DNA of 64,000 nt from a virus (IMGVR_UViG_3300021400_001623:16433-80432), one strand, 5' to 3'. Shown: positions 41,756 through 52,751, counted from the first letter of the stretch. Numbers and translations: made by a program. The notes: a model not told the origin generated them from the letters alone.

Positions 41756-43510
41756 ATGAGTTTACAGGTTTGGTTGCCTCTAACGGGCAATCTGCATAAT
41801 CAGGGGTTAAGTGATGCCACTATAATAAACGGTGATATAACTGCAAATGATAATGGTAAAATCGGCAAATGTGTCAAGACTGGGAATTCGGCAATTGATT
41901 TACGATATGATGGGGCTACCACTAATACTGAAAGCCTATCAATTGGCGGTTGGTTTAAATTTAATCAGAGTGAAATTGCAACAAGATTACAATCTGCTAC
42001 TATTAATGAAATCGGACATTCTCCCGTAGGAAACTTAATAGGTAATAATAGTTATGGTGGCATTGGGTTAATCTGGGAAACCAATAACATGTATCAAGAT
42101 GGTACATTAAATGAACTTCATGTTTTTGGCAATATGAGATCTTCTACGCTCGGATATAGAAGTACTGGCACATATTCTATCAATTTTGATCAATGGACAC
42201 ATATATTTTTAATATTCGATAAGTCATTAAATACCGAAACCTTATATGTAAATGGTGTTGTGATATCTCAAGTCACATCATTAGCGAGTTTTTCAGATAT
42301 GCCTACAAGAAATGTGCAAATTAATGCCGCTTTAGTATGTGGTGGCAATGGGCCAGGCGTCAATATACCTTTTTATTGTAACGACGTACGGCTATATAAC
42401 CACGCTTTAACGGAAAAAGAGGTCAAAGATATTAGCCGTGGATTAGTCTTGCACTATCCATTAAGTAATAATGGGTTTGGTAATGAGAATTTAATATTAA
42501 ATTCTGATGTAGAAAAAAATACACGAGCTGGTATTGTGCAATGGGATTTATCAGATAGTGCGAAAGCAGATATTAAAGGTAAAAGTTATACAATTTCAGC
42601 TGATATCAAGAGTACCGAAGATAACTCTGTCATAGATTGTTATGTGCGCTCACCATCTACATCGCAAAGTATGTCTACAAGTACCATTTTTCGTAATATT
42701 ACTACTGAATATAAACGATACTCTTTACAATCTATTTGTAACGTAGCTCAGTCAGGTACTCCAGAGACATTTTGTTTTCGTGCTAACGGTTCAAATGGTA
42801 CTACATCAAGCGCACTCTTTACTATTAAGAATTTAAAGCTCGAATATTCTGATGAGGCTACTGCTTGGTGCCCTAATCCAAATGATTCAATTAAAGCCGG
42901 ATATAATGATGATATTATTCGTGATATTAGTGGTTTTGGAAATGACGGTATTGTAACTGGTGTCCTAAATATACTAAGTGATACGCCGAGATACAAGGTA
43001 TCAACTTACTTTGACGGATCGAGTTATGCATTAACTGATGCCAGTTCTTTCTCGTGGTTCAACTTTGATCAATGTACCTTATCTATATGGATGAATCCTA
43101 CTACAACACCATCCTCATGGGCGGGTACATTTGGAATAGCACATGATAATTCATCTGGTAATAAATCATTTGTTATCGGTAATTATGGTGGAAAATTTAC
43201 AGTACAAAGCGCTAATGGTGGTTGGGTAAATATTCAATCTTCTGATTTACCGATAAATGAATGGCATCATTGTGTAGCGACGCTTGACGGTGCAACTATT
43301 AAAATGTATTTTGATGGAGAACTCGTTAAGACATATACTACAAATTGGGGAACCACTACGGTAGCTTCAGATACAAGAATTCAAGTAGGAATTGACTTAC
43401 CGGGTTCAAATGAAATTTACCAAGGTTATTATTCTGATGCACGTATTTATGTAACCGCCCTCTCTGCCGCAGATATTGTCGAACTGTATGAAATGGGGGT
43501 GAGCGCATAA
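41756..43510 (+). CDS. LamG/concanavalin A-like tail protein (paralog 1)
   Basis: WTHI...LYVNG and WHHCVAT...MYFDG; SDARIY; central CBM-like segment. Confidence 0.75.
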   Translation: MSLQVWLPLTGNLHNQGLSDATIINGDITANDNGKIGKCVKTGNSAIDLRYDGATTNTESLSIGGWFKFNQSEIATRLQSATINEIGHSPVGNLIGNNSYGGIGLIWETNNMYQDGTLNELHVFGNMRSSTLGYRSTGTYSINFDQWTHIFLIFDKSLNTETLYVNGVVISQVTSLASFSDMPTRNVQINAALVCGGNGPGVNIPFYCNDVRLYNHALTEKEVKDISRGLVLHYPLSNNGFGNENLILNSDVEKNTRAGIVQWDLSDSAKADIKGKSYTISADIKSTEDNSVIDCYVRSPSTSQSMSTSTIFRNITTEYKRYSLQSICNVAQSGTPETFCFRANGSNGTTSSALFTIKNLKLEYSDEATAWCPNPNDSIKAGYNDDIIRDISGFGNDGIVTGVLNILSDTPRYKVSTYFDGSSYALTDASSFSWFNFDQCTLSIWMNPTTTPSSWAGTFGIAHDNSSGNKSFVIGNYGGKFTVQSANGGWVNIQSSDLPINEWHHCVATLDGATIKMYFDGELVKTYTTNWGTTTVASDTRIQVGIDLPGSNEIYQGYYSDARIYVTALSAADIVELYEMGVSA

Positions 43511-45387
43511 TGGCATTGCAAGTTTGGTTACCGCTTAACGGTGATTTTACCAATAATGGATTAGATCAGAGTGGTCAGTTTACAACATCCCATACTTGGC
43601 AACCTATCGGTAAGATTGGCTCAAAATCATTTGATTGCAACACAATCACTAATGGTGCTCATTTTGAATCGTTGCAAGGGCTTACCTCTTTTACTGTCGC
43701 ATATTGGTTATATATAGATTCCTCAATTACTGATTTTACCGCATGGAGTGATATGTGGCAGATACAGATTACTAATCGTACTGGTACATATGTGTTTAGA
43801 GACGAGTTGCGTGCTGTTGCCAATCCTGGTCGCCACAACATTCACTATGTTAAAGAAACAGATGTAGGATCGAATACTAACACCTATTACGGTACAGCTG
43901 AGCGTGATGATGCGAAAGACAACTGGGTTCATTGTGTAATAACTAAAGATCCAGACTATCTGAAAATATATTTTGATGGGGTTAAATTTGGCCAGTGGCC
44001 ATGTACTAATTTTGAAACGCAGCCGTCACGGATAAATGGGAATGTATATCTTGGCAATAATGGGTGTAAAAGTGGACGGTTAAATGATTTTAGAATTTAT
44101 GATGAGGTTCTCGATCCATTTGAAATCAAGCGGATTAGTCAGGGATTAGTTGTTCATTATCCGCTTAATAATAATGGTTTCGGAAATGAAAATCTCGCCA
44201 TTAACACACAAGAAATGACTACAATTAGTAATAAATGTACTTGGGGAATTGGTTCTACCTGCACGATCTCTGATGGTGTAGCCACTTTAACCGGTGATGG
44301 AGCGTGGCGAGATGTTAATGTACATAATGGCTTAAAACTAGCGGATTATAAAGGTAAAACAATTACTGTAAGCGCCGATATTAAAGCTGTTTCATCTGGT
44401 GCGGCATATCGACCAATAATTGAATTTCGTACGAATAACAGCCCTTATTCTACATCGAGAGTATATAGATATAAGACAGTAGCGCTAATATGTGTCGACA
44501 GTGGCAATATACCAACTGTGTCTTGGCAAAGATTTTACTGCTCCTTAACATTTAATACTGGAGTTTTTACAAGTTACGATAATGAAAGCATGAACGTGGA
44601 ACCTGATTGGGAAAATGGTTATTGGGGTGTGCATGTATATAATCATGGTAGTGTGAGCTATCAAGTGCGAAATATCAAGGTTGAAGTGGGCTCAAGTCCA
44701 ACGTCCTATGCACCGTCACCATTAGATTATGGAGATTCCGATATGGAATATGACGTAAGCGGATATAACCGTAATTTGACGAGAATTAATAATCCAACAA
44801 TCGTTGCCGACTCTCCTCGTTATTTGTCATCTACTCAATTTAATGGATCAAATCAATATATCCATTCCACTACTGTACGCACTGGTATTTCCGGCGATTG
44901 CGAACTTACAATGTCGGCATGGATTTACTGGGATTTAGATTCATGGCGCGCAGATTATGTTGGTATATTTGGCTGTGTTTCAATGAGTACCAATCGGAGC
45001 GCATGGATGCTAATTAATAATGGCAGACCAGATTTTGATACGTGGAACCAACGATATATGGCTACTAATGCAATTAGTGTAAAAACGTGGCATCATATTG
45101 CTTTAGTTAAACAACCAGGGGCATTATCCACAACTACTACAATATATGTTGATGGTAAACCTGTCGCTGGTTCTGGAACGACCACTGACGCACCTGATTA
45201 TATTGACGGTGGAATAAGAATAGGTTGTCCAAATATAACGGCGAATAGGCACTTCCCCGGTAAAATTTCAGATGTCCGTATTTACGCTACTGCCCTATCC
45301 GCCGACGACGTTAAAGCATTATATGAAGACTCCGCATACATCGCAACAGACGGAACAGCGTATGCGTATGAGTTTGTGGAGGAATAG
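43510..45387 (+). CDS. LamG/concanavalin A-like tail protein (paralog 2)
   Basis: Same MxLQVWLPLxG start and GLVxHYPLxNNGFGNENL hinge; WHHIALV...YVDG; SDVRIY. Confidence 0.75.
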   Translation: MALQVWLPLNGDFTNNGLDQSGQFTTSHTWQPIGKIGSKSFDCNTITNGAHFESLQGLTSFTVAYWLYIDSSITDFTAWSDMWQIQITNRTGTYVFRDELRAVANPGRHNIHYVKETDVGSNTNTYYGTAERDDAKDNWVHCVITKDPDYLKIYFDGVKFGQWPCTNFETQPSRINGNVYLGNNGCKSGRLNDFRIYDEVLDPFEIKRISQGLVVHYPLNNNGFGNENLAINTQEMTTISNKCTWGIGSTCTISDGVATLTGDGAWRDVNVHNGLKLADYKGKTITVSADIKAVSSGAAYRPIIEFRTNNSPYSTSRVYRYKTVALICVDSGNIPTVSWQRFYCSLTFNTGVFTSYDNESMNVEPDWENGYWGVHVYNHGSVSYQVRNIKVEVGSSPTSYAPSPLDYGDSDMEYDVSGYNRNLTRINNPTIVADSPRYLSSTQFNGSNQYIHSTTVRTGISGDCELTMSAWIYWDLDSWRADYVGIFGCVSMSTNRSAWMLINNGRPDFDTWNQRYMATNAISVKTWHHIALVKQPGALSTTTTIYVDGKPVAGSGTTTDAPDYIDGGIRIGCPNITANRHFPGKISDVRIYATALSADDVKALYEDSAYIATDGTAYAYEFVEE

Positions 45388-45392
45388 AGAAA

Positions 45393-46670
45393 ATGAGTGA
45401 TAGAACAAACTTAATCTATAATGGCGACTTTTCGAAGGGTGTGGCGACTTGGACCACTACTGCTGGGGCAAGCAATATATCCGCATCGAATGGTGTATTA
45501 ACTGTGAATACTGGTGATATGTACCAGTCGGACAAAACATATATGTTTCCTGTAGCATCTGGTCGCACATACAAGATTACTTTTGATTTAAAGATCAATA
45601 CAAAAGATACACATCCGTGGTATATCGCACTACGTCCATATGATGCTGCAAAAAATGCAATTTCTCGTTCAAGCGTATACAAACCTGTTAGTGCTACAGG
45701 TTGTGATACAACATTGGCCGCGGAATTAAAAAATGGAGACACTACTGTTACATTAACTAACGCATCTTCGTGGCCAACATCGCGTACAAATCAACTTATA
45801 GGCATATGCAATAGACTTGCATGGGGTTATAATCGTGCCTACGCATGGCAACCATATGCATCAAAAAGTGGCAATGTATTAACTCTTAAATCGGCATGGA
45901 ATCAGGGCACGTTTGCTGCTGGTACAAAAGTATCAGAATTTGAATATGGTTCAACATATGATTATCCGCTAATTATAAGCAACGCAAATTTACCAACAGA
46001 GTGGACGACATATGAATGTACGTTTGATACTTCTAATTTAATGTATTCGTGCAAATATGTACAATTTGGTACATTGGGTTATTCTATGAATTACTCCATG
46101 CGCAACATCCGCATCGAATGTATCGATGAGATTCAGCTTAGCCATTGGGAAGATGATTCACCAGAGTTGACGAAACAAGGAGTATTAACATCACCCGAAT
46201 TTAATGATATTGGAATGCCAATACGATATGTGCGAGATACAACTGAGGGGTCAACAGCCAATGGCAGCAATCATTGGAATGAAATTGAGATTTATAATTA
46301 TGTTGGTGAGAATATTGCTTTTGGGAAAACAATAGTTGGCTCCAATGGAACTACATATTCTAACAGCGTTGCTACTGATGGTGTTATTAATAATAAATAT
46401 ATCGATCTAAGCGCAGGTACTAAAACAGTTACGCTTGACCTCGGCTATATAGAAAATATCCATAAAATTAAGATTTGGCATTACTACCCCGATGGACGTA
46501 CTTACTACAATAACGTGACAGAGGTGTCATCGGATGGCACAAACTGGATCACTGTTTATAAAGGCCAGAAGCCAGAAACGGCCGCTGGTAATGAAATTAT
46601 ATTAACCTCTCCAACTGCACAAATGCAGAAGAATGGTGAGGTTTTTTGTAATAATATTATCGAGTTATAA
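45393..46670 (+). CDS. Tail protein with CBM-like and discoidin (F5/8C)-like domains
   Basis: NLIYNGDFS start; VTLDLG...KIWHYY...SSDGTNW. Confidence 0.6.
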   Translation: MSDRTNLIYNGDFSKGVATWTTTAGASNISASNGVLTVNTGDMYQSDKTYMFPVASGRTYKITFDLKINTKDTHPWYIALRPYDAAKNAISRSSVYKPVSATGCDTTLAAELKNGDTTVTLTNASSWPTSRTNQLIGICNRLAWGYNRAYAWQPYASKSGNVLTLKSAWNQGTFAAGTKVSEFEYGSTYDYPLIISNANLPTEWTTYECTFDTSNLMYSCKYVQFGTLGYSMNYSMRNIRIECIDEIQLSHWEDDSPELTKQGVLTSPEFNDIGMPIRYVRDTTEGSTANGSNHWNEIEIYNYVGENIAFGKTIVGSNGTTYSNSVATDGVINNKYIDLSAGTKTVTLDLGYIENIHKIKIWHYYPDGRTYYNNVTEVSSDGTNWITVYKGQKPETAAGNEIILTSPTAQMQKNGEVFCNNIIEL

Positions 46671-46679
46671 GGAGAAGAA

Positions 46680-47555
46680 ATGTCTTTAATTGTAAAAATT
46701 AATTCAACAACAGAGTTGCCGCTCGTGGAGTGGGATGCCGTGGCATTCGTCTCTACTCCGCGCTTAAAGATCGCTTCTGATGATCTGGCAACCGTTAAAA
46801 CAACATTCAGCGAGATTAATAAGTTGGAAATTTTTAAAGATGACAATCTCGTTGGTATTGCAACAGAATACGACAAGTATTCGTCGATTCAGTATCTTGG
46901 CACAGTATTCAGTCCGGCAATGAATACATTTGTAGAATGTTTACAGGTAGATCTACAAAAGACCAGTCTTGCAGAACAAGTGGAGAGATTAACAGCTGAA
47001 ATCTTTCCTGTGACAGATTTTGATCATATGACAACCGAGGAATATAGGACGTGGCTCCTCAATAAGATTGCCGAAGATTGTCAAAACGATGTGTATGCTG
47101 GCACCAGCGTGCAGATTTCGACTGGCGTAAAGCATTTTAGATATACCATGGAAGACCAACAGAATCTAGGCAGCATCGTTGCTCTACTGATGAGCGTGCC
47201 GGAACTCCCTGCTATGCCCTATCATGCGGATGGCGAATTTTGTTACTTAATGCCAAAAGCTGATATTTTATTAGTATATTTGACACTACACATGAGACTG
47301 CTAGCAATTACTACGCGGTGCAACCATATGAATATGTGGATCAAGAGTATTCAGACTAAGGAAGAATTGATGAATATTGATTACTCTACCCCACTTCCTC
47401 AAGAATATCAGGATCAGGTCGATGCTATCATGGCACGGGCTATTGAGATGGAAGAATTACTGATTGCACATTACCTGCCAGTACGTGCAGAATCTGGTAC
47501 GACTGAGCCGGAAGAAGAACCGGAGGTAGTTCCGGATGAAGGCGGCGCTGAGTAG
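46680..47555 (+). CDS. Putative tail-fibre assembly protein
   Basis: FRYTMEDQQNL and YHADGEFC motifs typical of fibre-associated phage proteins. Confidence 0.5.
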   Translation: MSLIVKINSTTELPLVEWDAVAFVSTPRLKIASDDLATVKTTFSEINKLEIFKDDNLVGIATEYDKYSSIQYLGTVFSPAMNTFVECLQVDLQKTSLAEQVERLTAEIFPVTDFDHMTTEEYRTWLLNKIAEDCQNDVYAGTSVQISTGVKHFRYTMEDQQNLGSIVALLMSVPELPAMPYHADGEFCYLMPKADILLVYLTLHMRLLAITTRCNHMNMWIKSIQTKEELMNIDYSTPLPQEYQDQVDAIMARAIEMEELLIAHYLPVRAESGTTEPEEEPEVVPDEGGAE

Positions 47556-47985
47556 GCTGCTTCAAGTAGCGTTCATTTTCTTCTTTAGCGGTACATGTTA
47601 TATCACTTTAGAAGTTCTGTTCCGTGGCTATACCGACTTCTCAATGTGGATTCTTGGAGGAATCTGCGGCGTGATAATCGCCGGAGTAAATAATAATATA
47701 TTTTTAAGCAGTGAAACGCCATTTGAGATCCAGGTGGCGTTTTGTTCTGCTTGTTGTGTATTAGGCGAATTAATAGCCGGACTTATAGTAAATCAAGATT
47801 TCCATGTATGGGATTATCGTGGGATGTTTGGTACGTTTGCTGGCGGGCAACTTAATATTTATTTTGTATTTTTATGGATCGGGATATGCACATTTGCTAT
47901 CCCCTTTTTAGATTGGATTGAGTGGAGGTTATTAGATGGCCGGAAACCAGTCTACAAATTTTTATTGTGTGAAAAGGAGAACTAA
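47536..47985 (+). CDS. Multi-pass membrane protein
   Basis: Four hydrophobic segments; YITLEVLFRG and WDY motifs. Confidence 0.65.
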   Translation: MKAALSRLLQVAFIFFFSGTCYITLEVLFRGYTDFSMWILGGICGVIIAGVNNNIFLSSETPFEIQVAFCSACCVLGELIAGLIVNQDFHVWDYRGMFGTFAGGQLNIYFVFLWIGICTFAIPFLDWIEWRLLDGRKPVYKFLLCEKEN

Positions 47986-47988
47986 TTT

Positions 47989-48495
47989 ATGAAAAAGACT
48001 GTTATTAACATTGCAGCTGTAAACGTTATTGCTTGGTATAACAACGAAGACACTCAGGCTAAACTAAAGAAACTGCCGCTAAAGATGCAGTGGAATATCC
48101 GCAAGAACATGAAGGCGCTGGAACCGCTTGCTAAAGAGTTTGGCGATTTCAGAGATGAGTTGATTCAAAAGAGGAATGCTGAGTGGTTTGTTGAGGATAA
48201 TGGCAAATGTGAGAAGGTTATGCAGCCGGATGAGAATGGACAGGAACAGGAAATGCTGAAAATCAAGGAAGAATTTATTGAAGATTTTCAGGCATATGAG
48301 AATGATCTTAATCAGCAGCTGGTCGAAATTATGAATGAAGGTAATGAAGTTGAATTCGTACCAATTGACCTTGAAGCATTTGTAGATATGGCTGATGCGG
48401 TAGATGCGGGAGTTGATATGGATGATGTGGATATTATCAGTATTTTTGAACCAGTTGAAGAAGAAGTTGAAGTAGAAATCGTAGAGGGCGAATAA
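47989..48495 (+). CDS. Hypothetical acidic protein
   Basis: 168-aa ORF with SD AGGAG. Confidence 0.65.
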   Translation: MKKTVINIAAVNVIAWYNNEDTQAKLKKLPLKMQWNIRKNMKALEPLAKEFGDFRDELIQKRNAEWFVEDNGKCEKVMQPDENGQEQEMLKIKEEFIEDFQAYENDLNQQLVEIMNEGNEVEFVPIDLEAFVDMADAVDAGVDMDDVDIISIFEPVEEEVEVEIVEGE

Positions 48496-48531
48496 TGATC
48501 GCTCTCTTTTCTCGAAAGGGAGTGATGACTT

Positions 48532-51500
48532 ATCGCGATATTAAATAATGCCATTATTAATGGTTCTTTACGATGTTTAAATAAAGCCTGGTTTAATGAT
48601 GTTGGTATCGGCGGCACACTTTCAACGGCCGCCATTACTGCTTCATCATTAACAAGTACGGGGACATTATCCGTTGCGGGTACATCGACATTAACTGGTC
48701 ACGTATCGATTGGAGGCTATAACAATACATCTTATGGGCTTAGTGCTAATTCCGCCATTATTAATAACTGGATTCGTACAGTTGGAGCTACGGGTTGGTA
48801 CAATGAATCATATGGTGGCGGCTGGTATATGACTGATACAAGTTATATACGCAATTACAATAAACCAGTATTATTAAGCAATCCATTATATATGGGTAGT
48901 ACTACCTACTATTTCAATACTAGCGGAGTGGTAAATGCGTCAACAGTGAATGCCACCAAAGTTAATGCTAAAGACGCTGATATAAAAGGTACTTTACGTT
49001 CTGAGAAATGGGATATTCAAAACATTACTCAACTATACAATGATTTTGGCATATCTCCGACATTTAAACTTTCATCTGCGGCGACTGTTACCGTTGCAAA
49101 ATCTGGTACAACAGTTACATTGACTATTAAAGATGCAACGAGTATTACATCTGATACTATCGGAGGCGCAACTTGGAAGGCGAATAGTAGATGTAAATTA
49201 TCTGGTACTTTGAATGGCACTGTGCTTGGTACTGTTGATGGTACTATTACTGCCAATATGAATACTACCGCTAATACATTAAACGTCTCGTGTGTTGTTG
49301 CAACTACTGACCCGCTATATAACGTCGCTGCTGGCACATATACTGTTGCAGCGGGTACCGTAAGCGAATTTTATTGCATGTTATATACAGTTGGTGATTA
49401 TCCTGTTGGTATTCGCCTTACTTCATATGGGATTAATAAGAATAGTCAGATCGATATTTATGGTGGTACAACAGGTAGTTATGCAAATAATAGATGGCAC
49501 CCTGTAGTTCGTATCGGAAAATTAGACGGTATGCTGGATGCCAGCGGCAACGCTGTTAAAATTAATGGCAACGATGTGACTGGCTGGGGGTTATATACTG
49601 ATAATGGCTATTTCTCTGGCACTGTAGTAAGTACAAGTGGCAAGATCGGCGGTTGGACATTAGGAACCAGCGCTATCTATTCAGGCACAAATTCTATGAC
49701 GTCTACTACTGCTGGTACTTATATTGGTACAGGTTCAACGGCAACAAGTGGTATCAGGAATTACGCAAGTGCTACTCAATATGTTAATATTTCGCAAGGT
49801 AAAATTACAGCATTGGGTGTTGATTTAACAGGTAAGATTACAGCTAATAGTGGTACTATTGGTGGATGGAATATAGGTACAGATTCATCAAAATCATTAT
49901 GGTATGGTGGTTCTGGAGTCACTATTGCAAATCCCACTTTATTACTTTCAAAAGGATTATCAATTAGTGCAGCTAATGCAGTTGGTAGTGCCCCAGCTAA
50001 TACATCGTGGATGTTGAAAGCAAGTAATCAATTCGGAGTTACGACAGCAGGGAAATTATATGCATCTGGTGCGGATATTAGTGGAAATACTGTAATTGGT
50101 GGAAATACTTCAATTAGTGGTAATGCGACAATTGCTGGAACTGTAATGATTGGCGGGTCAAAAACTGCAGCGACAGTATTAAGTGATATTGATGATGCCG
50201 CTAAGACAGCTACGAATTATTTAACCGACATAACAAATGGGGGTCTATATGTTCACTCATCTGACACCCCGTCCGATTCGACAGATCCAGATGCTAAAGG
50301 TGTAAAGATAACAGATCAAGTAGAAATCATTCGGGATGGTGATCCCTCGGCAATTTTTGGGGAAAGTGTTATTATTGGTAGGAATAACAATTCTCGTGTA
50401 TATATATCCCCTAATCAATTAGAAATGGTAAATTCTGAGGGCCTTGTATCTTTTAAAACATACACTCCAACTTCATCTTCATCAAGTGTTAAAACGGTTT
50501 CATATACATATAGTGATAGTGAGTATTTTGATAATAGAAATGATTTGAAAACTGGTGATGTCCTTTCATTTACCGTAAATCCTCCTCAGATGGAAAACGT
50601 AGTTTCGAATACAACTTTTGATATTAGTATACAATCAATAGTATCATATATTAAAGGCTCTGGTACTGGGACATATGAAGATATGATAGAATCAATGTTT
50701 CCTAATCATACGTCTTTGATGACATGTTCTTTTAATAAAAATGGCGAATCTCAAACATATACAAAGACTAATGTTGATTTAATGCGAAACAATGTAGACA
50801 GAAGATCTATCACTGGAAACTTCACAATCGTATATAATGGTGTGGATGAATTTACGGTATCAGTTGAATTAACTAAAATACTTGCTAGTGGTTATACAGC
50901 CAAATTTAATATCATTACATATTTTAGTCAATTAACTGGATCTGTTCTTGGAATTCTTCAACCAGCGACTATGGTCATTGGTGATTTTATGCCAATAGCT
51001 ATGGCAGGCTCGGTTCAAATGTTTGCTGGCGCAGGTTCGCAAGTATTATCAAGTTCCGGAATACTTGCAGTTAATGGCATACCTGAAGGGTGGGTTCTTT
51101 GCGATGGATCAGCTATTTCAAGAACATACTATTCTGCGTTATTTGACGTTATAGGTGTTGCGTGGGGTGAAGGCGATGGTTCAACGACTTTTAATCTTCC
51201 TGATTTAAGGGGTAGGGGACCAATTGGCGTTGGCGAGGGAACAGGAGACGCTGTTTCAGACGTATTTTTAGGTTGGCTATTTGGTAGTCCACAGCTTCAA
51301 CAGCATTTTCATACTATGAGCCATACTCACACTATGTCGCATACGCATGGAATGGCTCATACGCATAGTCATAGTCACGTAGCTTCGGGTTATATCAGCA
51401 AGAATGCACCAAGCGGATCAGTCAAAGCCACACCATGTGGACGAACAAATGAGAATCGGGACGGAGTCTATACAACAGATACAGATGCCACAGCTTCAAG

Positions 51501-51672
51501 TAAATCTACGACTGATGGTCCAAGCGCAACGAATACTGGCGGTGCAAGCACTGGATACACCAGTAATGCATGCATTGGCACTACTTCGCTTTATAGCCCT
51601 GCCGAAGGTTCGTGGGGGAATGTTCAACCTTCTGCGGGTGTTCACTTTATAATATGTACCGGACGATTATAA
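48532..51672 (+). CDS. Tail fibre with C-terminal tail collar domain; probable ATC start
   Basis: Collar motif PEGWVLCDG...FNLPDLRGR; frame open 99 codons upstream of ATG 48829 up to TGA 48526; SD AAGGGAGTGA. Confidence 0.75.
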   Translation: MAILNNAIINGSLRCLNKAWFNDVGIGGTLSTAAITASSLTSTGTLSVAGTSTLTGHVSIGGYNNTSYGLSANSAIINNWIRTVGATGWYNESYGGGWYMTDTSYIRNYNKPVLLSNPLYMGSTTYYFNTSGVVNASTVNATKVNAKDADIKGTLRSEKWDIQNITQLYNDFGISPTFKLSSAATVTVAKSGTTVTLTIKDATSITSDTIGGATWKANSRCKLSGTLNGTVLGTVDGTITANMNTTANTLNVSCVVATTDPLYNVAAGTYTVAAGTVSEFYCMLYTVGDYPVGIRLTSYGINKNSQIDIYGGTTGSYANNRWHPVVRIGKLDGMLDASGNAVKINGNDVTGWGLYTDNGYFSGTVVSTSGKIGGWTLGTSAIYSGTNSMTSTTAGTYIGTGSTATSGIRNYASATQYVNISQGKITALGVDLTGKITANSGTIGGWNIGTDSSKSLWYGGSGVTIANPTLLLSKGLSISAANAVGSAPANTSWMLKASNQFGVTTAGKLYASGADISGNTVIGGNTSISGNATIAGTVMIGGSKTAATVLSDIDDAAKTATNYLTDITNGGLYVHSSDTPSDSTDPDAKGVKITDQVEIIRDGDPSAIFGESVIIGRNNNSRVYISPNQLEMVNSEGLVSFKTYTPTSSSSSVKTVSYTYSDSEYFDNRNDLKTGDVLSFTVNPPQMENVVSNTTFDISIQSIVSYIKGSGTGTYEDMIESMFPNHTSLMTCSFNKNGESQTYTKTNVDLMRNNVDRRSITGNFTIVYNGVDEFTVSVELTKILASGYTAKFNIITYFSQLTGSVLGILQPATMVIGDFMPIAMAGSVQMFAGAGSQVLSSSGILAVNGIPEGWVLCDGSAISRTYYSALFDVIGVAWGEGDGSTTFNLPDLRGRGPIGVGEGTGDAVSDVFLGWLFGSPQLQQHFHTMSHTHTMSHTHGMAHTHSHSHVASGYISKNAPSGSVKATPCGRTNENRDGVYTTDTDATASSKSTTDGPSATNTGGASTGYTSNACIGTTSLYSPAEGSWGNVQPSAGVHFIICTGRL

Positions 51673-51732
51673 AAAAGAAACCCAAAATGAAACCACTCAA
51701 AATATTAGTTTAACATCCTAAAGAATTCGCGA

Positions 51733-51761
51733 TTGACCAGTGAACCATTTAACATTATAAA
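51733..51761 (+). promoter_or_regulatory. sigmaA-like promoter
   Basis: TTGACC-17 nt-TATAAA upstream of the CW_7 gene. Confidence 0.5.
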
Positions 51762-51827
51762 ACTATACATCGTAGTCAATAAATGGTATAGAACAGCGTA
51801 AATAAATCAATTCAAAGGAGGTATCAA

Positions 51828-52751
51828 ATGTCCTCAAAAACAACAACCCAACTTGCCAAAGAAGTTCTTGCTGGCAAGTGGGGTAAAGACGAAGAACGAA
51901 AACAGCGCCTGACTAAAGCAGGTTATAATTATTACGAAGTTCAAAACAAAGTAAACGAACTTCTCAAAACTTCTTCCTATCTAATCAAATTTAATGCAAA
52001 TGGTGGCTCTGGCTCAATGGAGACAGTTCTCGCCTTAGAGGGGGAAAAGATTGTACTACCCAAAAACAAATTCAAACGCACAGGCTATAAATTTGTTGGA
52101 TGGGCAATTAAAGCAAACAAAAATACCGTTTCAATGGCACCTTTCCAAATTGGTAAGGTACGTTATAGAAACGGCGCAACAGTAAAAGACCTCGGCAATA
52201 TCACACTTTACGCCGTATGGAAAGGCGACGGTGCCAAAGCTGCTTGTGATTGGGCAATTCGTATCGCCAATGACGATTCTTTTAGCTACGGCAAAAAACC
52301 CTATGCTTCTCGGTGTGGATGCTATTTTTGCAAAACAAACGGAGCGAAAAAGAAAAAGGCAAAAAAAGCAGGTTATTACTCCGGCGCCAAATGGGACAAA
52401 ACCTACGTATGCTGCACGTTTATCAACGCAGCCTATGCACATGGCGCCAATGATAATATATTCCTTGATCCAGAGAAAAAAGGATCAATGTATTTATCTG
52501 GTGACTCTAAGATTGCAATTAATAAACAGAAAGGACACCTCAGATATTTAGGAAAACCTAAAAAATCCGACTTAAAACCAGGTGATATACTTATTATCAA
52601 TGGACTGCATACATCCATGTATATCGGCGGCGGAAAGTATATACAAGCATCGAGTAATCAAAGCAATCCTTTTGGCTCTGGGACAATCGCAGTTGCAACC
52701 TTAACAGATAAAGTATATAAAAGATACGACGCGGTTTTCAGAGTTAAATAG
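51828..52751 (+). CDS. Cell-wall hydrolase: Cpl-7 (CW_7) repeat, InlB B-repeat-like domain, NlpC/P60-like domain
   Basis: LAKEVLAGKWG...AGYNY..VQNKVNELL; IKFNANGGSG; YVCCTFI...HTSMYIG. Confidence 0.7.
   Translation: MSSKTTTQLAKEVLAGKWGKDEERKQRLTKAGYNYYEVQNKVNELLKTSSYLIKFNANGGSGSMETVLALEGEKIVLPKNKFKRTGYKFVGWAIKANKNTVSMAPFQIGKVRYRNGATVKDLGNITLYAVWKGDGAKAACDWAIRIANDDSFSYGKKPYASRCGCYFCKTNGAKKKKAKKAGYYSGAKWDKTYVCCTFINAAYAHGANDNIFLDPEKKGSMYLSGDSKIAINKQKGHLRYLGKPKKSDLKPGDILIINGLHTSMYIGGGKYIQASSNQSNPFGSGTIAVATLTDKVYKRYDAVFRVK

Noticed and set aside
41756-45387. Diversity-generating retroelement TR/VR pair
   Set aside because: Similarity is protein-level with synonymous changes, not adenine-specific; no reverse transcriptase in the window
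31250-51672. Tail-fibre shufflon driven by the 12819 recombinase
   Set aside because: All fibre modules are on one strand; no inverted crossover repeats or silent cassettes seen
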